Source: Clostridia bacterium (GTDB lineage Bacteria > Bacillota > Clostridia > Oscillospirales > CAG-272). Taken from it: a stretch of 64,000 nt of DNA. This document shows, one piece after another, positions 46,428 to 52,757 of this stretch. The notes under the pieces were generated by a model. It was not told the DNA's origin. It was given only the letters and a program-made list of their open reading frames with translations, and did no database searches. How positions within the stretch are numbered: the first letter of the stretch is position 1; every line of letters begins with the position of its first letter. Location: positions 40,103-104,102 of the forward strand of contig JAFSSQ010000089.1 of NCBI GenBank assembly GCA_017450965.1, written 5' to 3'. The position numbers were made by a program, and so were the translations under genes.

Positions 46428-48320
46428 GTGAAAAATGAGATGACAGCAAAGATTAAATCGATTTTATTCTTTGCTTTTTATTTTCTGTCAGCCTGTTCGT
46501 GTTTTACTTTAATATGCCTGTTTAAGCCATTACGGGTAAAAGTGTTTTTCTTTATAACAGCAATCGTGATTTGTGCTTATTGCTTCATAAAAAAGAAAGA
46601 ATTACTAATCAAAAAAAGAACAAAAAATATAACTGCGATGGCTTTGTGTATAGAAAGCGTTTGTTTTTTTGATTTTTATTATAATGCGATACATGTTCGC
46701 GAGCGAATCGTTTCAATCATTTCAAAAACGATCCCGATATCGTGGCTTGAAAAACTCCTAAACGAAAACATTGTATATGTTTTTATAGGAATTGCATTAT
46801 GTTCAATGGGTTTTTTGTTTGTAAAAACAGTTTCGCCGTACTTCTTAAGAGTGATCGGGAGTGTTCTGCGTATCCTGAAAAAACACAAAACCTCTTTTTT
46901 GATTCTTTTATCCGTATGCATCCTTTCTTTTGTCGCGGTCATACGAGCAAATTATTATTATACTGATGATTTAGGAAGAACTGTTTACGGGTACGGAATA
47001 ACAGGAACTTTTAGCAGGTATTTAGCAAATATACTATCGGAAGTTTTTCACGGAAACTCCTGGCTTGCGGATGTTTCACCGTTACCGCAGATCATTGCTT
47101 TAGTTATCATATCCATAGCTGCAATACTGCTTTTGCATATTATCAGTGAGACAATTCATAAACAACCAACAAAATGGAGTTTTATCGCTTTAATACCGGT
47201 TTGTTTATCCCCCTATTTTTTGAGTTGTCTGTCTTATAAATACGATGCGCCGTATATGGCGTTATCCGTTCTTGTATCGATATTACCTTTGGTTTTCATG
47301 GAATCCGGCCTTGCTTTTTATTCCGTTACCGTGTTTATCAGCATGCTGGCGATGTGTGCGACGTATCAGGTTTCATCAGGCGTTTTCCCTATGCTTGTGG
47401 CGATGATCATGCTGTTAATGTGGATACAAAAAGCGGAACATAAAAAGATTTTCCGTTTGTTATTGAGTTCAGCAATATCTTATTCATCGGCATTGATTGT
47501 GTTCAGACTGGTGATCATGACTCCGATCAGTGAAGATAATTATGTGGACGCGGGAGTATCGATCAGCAATTTGTTTCCCAATATAAAGATATATTTCAAT
47601 CTTTTGAATAATGACTTGCCGACCATTTGGAAAGCGCTGTTTTCTGTGTGTTTTGTATTCTTAGTTATCATAATAGTTGCTATAACACATCAGAAAAAAG
47701 TATTGAGCATTTTAACAGCGATTTTTGTCAGTATCTGTTCGTTCCTTTTATCGTTTGGCGTATATATCGTATTTAACAAACCGTTGTTCTCGACAAGAGC
47801 TTTTTATGGCGTCGGTGTTTTCCTTTCCATTATCTGTTGTGTTATCTTCCTTGAAAACAGATTCAACATAGCCAAACTTCCCGTTGTTTGCTTAAGTTGG
47901 TTTTTTGTTGTATATTGTTTTATCTACGGCAACGCTTTAAATATCCAAAAAGAGTATATAGACTTTAGGACAGAACAAATCATAAACGATTGCAATAATC
48001 TGGATTTACTAAAAAAAGACAACACAACAAAGCTGCAGACAATAGGTACCGCGGGCTATCAGCGGGCGGTAAAAAACATGATAGAAGAGTATCCGCTGTT
48101 AGAAAGACAAATACCTGTATTGCTGTCAGCGTCAGAATGGTCTTGGGGAACATTTCAATTCAGGGAGTATTACGGATTGAATATAGAGATTGCAGATATC
48201 GGTGAACTGCAATTAAAGAAAGCCGCTTTGCTGAAAGAGACATATTATTATTCCATATACCAAGCGGACGATGTTATCGTAATAGAATTAAAGGACGTTG
48301 AAAAAACAGTTTCCAAATAG
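46428..48320 (+). CDS. AT-rich polytopic membrane protein, GtrII / GT-C-like glycosyltransferase candidate
   Basis: The track ORF is 46389..48320. GTG 46428 is preferred (AGGAG 10 nt upstream, and ATG 46389 lies inside IRR); ATG 46440 is also possible. Many hydrophobic helices, a first-loop motif YYYTDDLGRTVYGYG, and a soluble C-terminal domain of roughly 130 aa. Confidence 0.65.
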   Translation: MKNEMTAKIKSILFFAFYFLSACSCFTLICLFKPLRVKVFFFITAIVICAYCFIKKKELLIKKRTKNITAMALCIESVCFFDFYYNAIHVRERIVSIISKTIPISWLEKLLNENIVYVFIGIALCSMGFLFVKTVSPYFLRVIGSVLRILKKHKTSFLILLSVCILSFVAVIRANYYYTDDLGRTVYGYGITGTFSRYLANILSEVFHGNSWLADVSPLPQIIALVIISIAAILLLHIISETIHKQPTKWSFIALIPVCLSPYFLSCLSYKYDAPYMALSVLVSILPLVFMESGLAFYSVTVFISMLAMCATYQVSSGVFPMLVAMIMLLMWIQKAEHKKIFRLLLSSAISYSSALIVFRLVIMTPISEDNYVDAGVSISNLFPNIKIYFNLLNNDLPTIWKALFSVCFVFLVIIIVAITHQKKVLSILTAIFVSICSFLLSFGVYIVFNKPLFSTRAFYGVGVFLSIICCVIFLENRFNIAKLPVVCLSWFFVVYCFIYGNALNIQKEYIDFRTEQIINDCNNLDLLKKDNTTKLQTIGTAGYQRAVKNMIEEYPLLERQIPVLLSASEWSWGTFQFREYYGLNIEIADIGELQLKKAALLKETYYYSIYQADDVIVIELKDVEKTVSK

Positions 48321-48390
48321 TTTTTACCAGCTAAGCTTTTTGAAGCGTTTGTTGTTAAGGAGAAAGTAAAAAAACAAGAACTTTTCATGG

Positions 48391-48426
48391 GAATTCCACC
48401 CTGCTGCTTAGCGGGTGGAATTTTTC
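48391..48426 (+). terminator. intrinsic terminator after the GT-C-like gene
   Basis: GAATTCCACCC / GGGTGGAATT stem, 10-nt loop, T-run. Confidence 0.7.
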
Positions 48427-48717
48427 CTGCGGGAGAGTGACAAGAGTCTGTCGGCGTCACAAGTATTTGTTTGTCATATTTGTTGTTGTAAAATCGGGTT
48501 GCTGTGCTATTACCGGAATCAGATCACCGTGCGGAATGAATTGTCTCAAGCGCTTTTTCTCCTGGGCGGCGGGGCGTGTGGGAAGAAAAACGCTCCCATC
48601 GGCGCGGACGCGGAAAACGAGAAACAAGCAAAAAAGGTGATTGGCTCGAAAAACGCGCGGTTTTAGTATGAAAAATATTGATTCTTTATCTTTTATTTGG
48701 TAAACGCTTGGCCTTTC

Positions 48718-48746
48718 TTGCTTTTTCTTTTTGGGTGTGTTATGCT
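48718..48746 (+). promoter_or_regulatory. candidate promoter for the tandem surface-protein genes
   Basis: TTGCTT, 17-nt spacer, TGt-TATGCT, 35 nt upstream of ATG 48781. Confidence 0.45.
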
Positions 48747-48780
48747 GAAATTGCAAAAAAATCAAGGAAAGGAATTTGCC

Positions 48781-50163
48781 ATGAAAAAAACGGTTTCTCT
48801 TTTGATCAGCGTTTTTCTCCTTGTTACCTCCTGTACCGTCTTCGCCGTTCCCGCGGCGGCGGACGAAGCGGTCGTCTACGTGAAAGACGGCGGGACCGGC
48901 GACGGCTCGTCCGTGTCTTCTCCGCTCGGCAGCTTTGACGCCGCGCTCAAAGCGCTCGCCTCCACCGGCGGCACCGTGAAGGTGGTCGACGCCGTTACTC
49001 CGGTCGGCAACACCGAGGCGAAAGCCGAGATCACGGGCTTTTACTACGCGGAGCCCGCGCACGGGCAGCGGATCACCGTTACCTCCGCCGACCCCGCAAA
49101 CAAAGCGCAGATCATTTTTTCCACCGAGTGCCAGTGGTACGCGCTCTCCGGTCCGACCGCCTTTGAAAACCTGAAGATGGTCAACGATACCGAGTCGTTT
49201 GCGCGGATCCTGGCGCGCGGCAACCATCTTATGATGGGCGAAGGGCTGGAGATGTATTTCGGCGAGACCCTGCAAACCACCTACGACGTTTTCGACAGCA
49301 CGATGAAGGGCTTTACGGTGATCGGGATCACCAACGTCGGCGCGGAATACGAAGGAATGGCCGAAGCGGACACGAAGATCACGATCAAGTCCGGCGTCTA
49401 CTTCCTCGTTCAGGCGTACAGCCGCAAGCTTACTGACTCACTTGTCCATACGGGGAACTGCTATATGGAGTTCCTCGGCAGTTTTGCCGTCCGGCAGATG
49501 GGCTTCGCTTCTCAGGGCTCGGCCTGCACCGTTCAGGGCGAAGCGTATATCTACTGGGCGTCCAAGGTGCACAGCTGGCGGATCTTCCCCGGTTACGACG
49601 TAACGACGACCGAGCCCTTTACCGCCAATCTCTTCCTCGACGCAAACGCCGACTTCCTGAACGAAGGGGATATGCCGCAGACGTTCGTCGGACCGGCGAA
49701 GGTCAAAACGGTCAATATCTGGTATAATCCCGCAAGCAGCACGGCGAAGGAGCTCGCCGAGTGGACGGAGACCGGCTATAGGATCACGCAGGCGGACGGC
49801 GCCGTGAACCTCGACACGCTCGACCGGTACGCCGGCCCCGCTTACCGCATCAGCACGGAGAGCGTTGTGGAGCCGGTGACGCCGGAGACGCAGCCCCCCG
49901 AGACGAAGGCTCCGGAAACGAAAGCGCCCGAAACGAAAGCGCCCGATACGAAAGCCCCTGAAACCGAAGCGCCCGGCACGGGGGCGCCGGTCAGTACCGG
50001 GACGCCCGGTACGGGAGCGGCCGGCACCGGGACGACCGGCACCGCTCCGACGGAAGCGCCCGGCGAACAGAACGGCGTGCCCGTCTACGTCTGGATCATC
50101 ATCGGCGCCGTGGTCGTTTGCGGCGTCGTGATCGGCGTGATCCTTGCCAAAAAGAAGAAATAA
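48781..50163 (+). CDS. secreted beta-helix-like surface protein, paralog 1 (PETKA-repeat stalk, C-terminal TM anchor)
   Basis: Signal peptide MKKTVSLLISVFLLVTSCTVFAVPAAA. VYVKDGGTGDGSS.SSPLGS.DAAL resembles right-handed beta-helix N-termini. Pro/Glu/Thr/Lys/Ala repeats. Tail VYVWIIIGAVVVCGVVIGVILAKKKK. Confidence 0.75.
   Translation: MKKTVSLLISVFLLVTSCTVFAVPAAADEAVVYVKDGGTGDGSSVSSPLGSFDAALKALASTGGTVKVVDAVTPVGNTEAKAEITGFYYAEPAHGQRITVTSADPANKAQIIFSTECQWYALSGPTAFENLKMVNDTESFARILARGNHLMMGEGLEMYFGETLQTTYDVFDSTMKGFTVIGITNVGAEYEGMAEADTKITIKSGVYFLVQAYSRKLTDSLVHTGNCYMEFLGSFAVRQMGFASQGSACTVQGEAYIYWASKVHSWRIFPGYDVTTTEPFTANLFLDANADFLNEGDMPQTFVGPAKVKTVNIWYNPASSTAKELAEWTETGYRITQADGAVNLDTLDRYAGPAYRISTESVVEPVTPETQPPETKAPETKAPETKAPDTKAPETEAPGTGAPVSTGTPGTGAAGTGTTGTAPTEAPGEQNGVPVYVWIIIGAVVVCGVVIGVILAKKKK
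49882..49986 (+). repeat. in-frame tandem repeat, about 7 x 15 nt (P-E-T-K-A units)
   Basis: ccggaaacgaaagcg / cccgaaacgaaagcg / cccgatacgaaagcc ... read directly from the sequence. Confidence 0.85.
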
Positions 50164-50222
50164 ACCGGCTGCGCAAAGGATAGAACGTTTATTCAATCAA
50201 GGATTCTGAAAGGAGAATCAAA

Positions 50223-51512
50223 ATGAAACGCTTGCTCTCTCTTTTGATCTGCGTCTTTGTTCTGCTTTCCTCCTGCCTCCTGTTTTCCTTCGCCGCGGCG
50301 GCGGAGGAAGCGGTCGTCTACGTGAAGGACGGCGGGACCGGCGACGGCTCCTCCGCCTCCTCGCCCCTCGGCACGCTCGACGCCGCGCTCCAGGCGATCG
50401 CCTCGACCGGCGGCACCGTAAAGGTGGTCGAAGCCGTCACGCTCGCCGGCAACACCGCGGCGACCGCCGAGGTGGATACCTACTACGCGGAACCGGCTCA
50501 CACCCGGCGGATCACGATCACCTCCGCCGATCCCGCGAACAAAGCGAAGCTCATTTTCCCCGCCGCCTGCCAGTGGTACGCGCTCTCCGGCCCGACCGTT
50601 TTTGAAGAGATCGGTCTGGTCGACAACGCGGAAACCTTCGTCCGGATTCTCGGGCGCGGCCACCACGTGACGATGGGCGAAGGGCTGGAGATGTATTTCG
50701 GCGAGACTCTCCAGACCCCTTCCGACGTAAGCGCGGGCTCGATGAAGGGCTTTACGGTGATCGGGATCACCAACGTCGGCGCGGAATACGACGGATATCT
50801 GGCGTCCGACACGAAGATCACGGTCAAATCCGGCGTCTATTACCTGATCCAGGCGTATACCCGCAACTTTACCGCCGCCGGCGATCTGACCGGGAACGCC
50901 TACGTGGAGATCCTCGGCGACATCGCCGTCCGGCAGATCGGCCTTGCTTCTCTGAAAAAAGGACACACCTGCTCCGGGCAGGCGTACCTCTACTGGGCGG
51001 CGCAAGTCATCGCTTATTGGGTTTTCCCCGGCTATGATTCGGCGGCTGAGCCGTTCACCGCAAACTTCTTCCTTGCCGACGGCGCGGATTTCCGCAAAGA
51101 CACGGATCCCACGGCAACGCAGAAACTCGTCGGCGCCGGTAAAGTCAAAACGCTCAATATCTGGCACGATACCAGCGCCTCCGCGACCGCGCTCGCCGAT
51201 CATTTCAAGAGCACCTATAGCATCACCCAGGCGGACGGCAGCGTAAATCAGGCCGCCCTCGCCGACTATAACGGACCGGCGTACCGGATCCCGGCGGATC
51301 CGGCTCCGCTGGAAAATACCGGCACCGGGACGGACACCGGAACGGGTACAAGTACAGGAACGGGCACGGATACGGGTACCGGTACAGAGACAGGGACAGG
51401 GACAGGTACCGGGACCGCCCCGAACACCGGAGACGGTTTTCTCTGCGCGGCTGCCGCGGCCGTTCTTGCGCTTGCCGGCGCCCTCGTCTTCCGCAAAAAA
51501 GCGAGAGGATAA
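50223..51512 (+). CDS. secreted beta-helix-like surface protein, paralog 2 (Gly-Thr repeat stalk, sortase-type sorting signal)
   Basis: The N-terminal ~330 aa are highly similar to paralog 1. (GT)n stalk. C-terminus APNTGDG + FLCAAAAAVLALAGALVF + RKKARG. Confidence 0.75.
   Translation: MKRLLSLLICVFVLLSSCLLFSFAAAAEEAVVYVKDGGTGDGSSASSPLGTLDAALQAIASTGGTVKVVEAVTLAGNTAATAEVDTYYAEPAHTRRITITSADPANKAKLIFPAACQWYALSGPTVFEEIGLVDNAETFVRILGRGHHVTMGEGLEMYFGETLQTPSDVSAGSMKGFTVIGITNVGAEYDGYLASDTKITVKSGVYYLIQAYTRNFTAAGDLTGNAYVEILGDIAVRQIGLASLKKGHTCSGQAYLYWAAQVIAYWVFPGYDSAAEPFTANFFLADGADFRKDTDPTATQKLVGAGKVKTLNIWHDTSASATALADHFKSTYSITQADGSVNQAALADYNGPAYRIPADPAPLENTGTGTDTGTGTSTGTGTDTGTGTETGTGTGTGTAPNTGDGFLCAAAAAVLALAGALVFRKKARG
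51318..51416 (+). repeat. in-frame 6-nt microsatellite-like repeat encoding a 33-aa T-G-(T/D/S/E) stalk
   Basis: accggcaccgggacggacaccggaacgggtaca...gggacaggtaccgggacc encodes TGTGTDTGTGTSTGTGTDTGTGTETGTGTGTGT. Confidence 0.85.
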
Positions 51513-51560
51513 CCTCTCCCCGGCGGGGCCTTTCCGACCCGCGCGAAAGGCCGGATAACG

Positions 51561-51607
51561 GATCCCGGCTGAAACGGAAAACCCGTTTCAGCCGGGATCT
51601 TTTTTTG
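51561..51607 (+). terminator. strong intrinsic terminator after paralog 2
   Basis: 17-bp perfect stem GATCCCGGCTGAAACGG / CCGTTTCAGCCGGGATC, AAAA(C) loop, T7. Confidence 0.85.
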
Positions 51608-51784
51608 CGGCGACGGGACGTTTTTGCCGATTTGGCTGGAGAGAATTGTTTCGCGTTTTGCTTTCAGACTTTTAACAGTGAAGTTCAGCGTTTCGCCGCT
51701 CACGCCCGCGGGCGCTTCACGAGGCGCAGCCTCACTTCACGCGCGAAGCGCGCTTCCCGTTCCGCGTCAGCGGAACACTTAGTT

Positions 51785-51827
51785 GAAAGAAACCGCTTTT
51801 GTCGGGCGGACAAAAGCGGTTTCTTTC
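51785..51827 (-). terminator. 19-bp perfect hairpin immediately 3' of tRNA-Lys
   Basis: GAAAGAAACCGCTTTTGTC - GGGCG - GACAAAAGCGGTTTCTTTC, 1 nt from the tRNA CCA end. The U-rich 3' arm makes it a probable terminator. Confidence 0.6.
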
Positions 51828-51828
51828 A

Positions 51829-51904
51829 TGGTGCTCCTGCGGAGAATCGAACTCCGGACACCTTGATTAAAAGTCAAGTGCTCTACCAGCTGAGCTACAG
51901 GGGC
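51829..51904 (-). tRNA. tRNA-Lys (anticodon UUU), CCA encoded
   Basis: Hand-folded cloverleaf: GCCCCTG-TA-GCTC-AGCTGGTA-GAGC-A-CTTGA-CTTTTAA-TCAAG-GTGTC-CGGAG-TTCGATT-CTCCG-CAGGAGC-A-CCA. 76 nt with one C3-A70 mismatch. Confidence 0.9.
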
Positions 51905-51994
51905 GCTTCAAACGCTTATATAGCATAGCACACGGGGGCGGTTTTGTCAACAGTTTTTTCGCGTTTTGCCCCATCTTTTCCTTTCGCCTCCCTC

Positions 51995-52023
51995 TTGCGC
52001 TTTTTCACGGAGCGTGCTATACT
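51995..52023 (+). promoter_or_regulatory. candidate promoter for gtrA
   Basis: TTGCGC, 17-nt spacer, TGc-TATACT. Confidence 0.5.
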
Positions 52024-52060
52024 GGACGGGAACTTGTATTTTTCACTAAAAGGAGCTGCT

Positions 52061-52522
52061 ATGGATCCGCAACACAATAGGAAAAAGACCGGAAGAGAAC
52101 TCCTGCGCACGATCAAGTACGCGCTTGTCGCCGCTTCCGCGGGGGTCATTCAGATCGGGACCTTTACCCTCTTAAACGAACTTCTCCATTGGGACTACTG
52201 GGTCAGTTATCTGATCGCGCTGGTGCTGAGCGTTCTCTGGAACTTCACCCTCAACCGCCGCTATACCTTCCAGAGCGCCTCCGACGTGAAGAAGGCGATG
52301 CTGCTCGTCTTCCTTTACTATCTCGTTTTCACGCCGCTGAGCACGTGGCTGGAGGATTTCTTAGCCGATACCTGCGGCTGGAACGAGTACCTTGTCACGG
52401 GGAGCAATATGCTGATCAATTTCGTCACGGAGTTTCTCTATCCGCGGTTTTTCGTTTTCCGCGATACGCTGGATACCACCGACCTCGCCGAAAAGAAGCG
52501 CCGCGCCGACCGGGCCTCCTGA
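52061..52522 (+). CDS. gtrA: GtrA family membrane protein (polyprenyl-phosphate-sugar flippase-like)
   Basis: 4 TM. KYALVAASAGVIQIGTFTLL and WNFTLNRRYTF signatures. ATG 52061 follows AAAGGAG. Confidence 0.85.
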   Translation: MDPQHNRKKTGRELLRTIKYALVAASAGVIQIGTFTLLNELLHWDYWVSYLIALVLSVLWNFTLNRRYTFQSASDVKKAMLLVFLYYLVFTPLSTWLEDFLADTCGWNEYLVTGSNMLINFVTEFLYPRFFVFRDTLDTTDLAEKKRRADRAS

Positions 52523-52544
52523 CGCCCCGGATAAAAAGAAAGGA

Positions 52545-52586
52545 GCCCTCGCCGCCGGCGGCCGGCGGCGGGGGCTTTCTTTGTTT
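52545..52586 (+). terminator. intrinsic terminator after gtrA
   Basis: GC-rich stem GCCCTCGCCGCCGG / CCGGCGGCGGGGGC (1 mismatch) followed by TTTCTTTGTTT. Confidence 0.65.
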
Positions 52587-52675
52587 GCCGCCCGCGGGAG
52601 AAAAAACGCGCCGCAAGCGGTCGTTCCCCCGTTTTCCCGTTTGGCGGATTTTGCCGCCGCGCCGCGATTTTTCTA

Positions 52676-52704
52676 TTGAAATCATCGCTTCCGTCGTATA
52701 TAAT
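52676..52704 (+). promoter_or_regulatory. sigma-A type promoter of the two-component operon
   Basis: TTGAAA, 17-nt spacer, TATAAT. Confidence 0.65.
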
Positions 52705-52757
52705 AAAAAAGCAAACCGAAAAAGACAACGCTCAAAGGAAAAGAGGCGAAAACCGTC

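Noticed and set aside
48489-48520. Possible third, degenerate copy of the recombinase site downstream of the GT-C-like gene (ttgttgttgtaaaatcgggttgc...ctattaccggaatcag).
   Set aside because: It shares only short words (GCAAC, CCGATT-like) with the 25-nt repeats, with different spacing and indels. That is not distinguishable from chance by eye. It would need a proper alignment or a genome-wide site model.
48457-49275. Minus-strand 272-aa ORF whose C-terminal tail (..KKRLRQFIPHGDLIP..) faintly recalled a transposase C-terminus.
   Set aside because: Most of it is antisense to the well-supported surface-protein gene. The resemblance is a few residues only. No DDE motif or terminal repeats were seen.
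51318-51416. Regular short repeats that could superficially suggest a CRISPR-like or satellite array.
   Set aside because: The period is 6 nt, there are no spacers, and the repeats lie entirely in frame within a CDS encoding a Gly-Thr stalk. No CRISPR array or cas genes occur in the window.
51608-51784. GC-rich non-coding stretch with small palindromes (gaagcgcgcttc, gttccgctgacgcggaac) and repeated cgtgaag words between the terminator and tRNA-Lys. I considered an sRNA or an att remnant.
   Set aside because: It has no promoter or terminator of its own, no recognisable RNA family and no matching repeat elsewhere in the window. The track ORFs here overlap the tRNA and are spurious.
45150-51904. 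Hypothesis that the 45-52 kb region is an integrase-bearing genomic island inserted at tRNA-Lys.
   Set aside because: I searched by eye for a direct repeat of the tRNA 3' half (tggtgctcctgcggagaatcg...) near 45.1-46.4 kb and found none. The recombinase is at the end distal to the tRNA and has host-like GC. Only the 2.6-kb islet is compositionally foreign.
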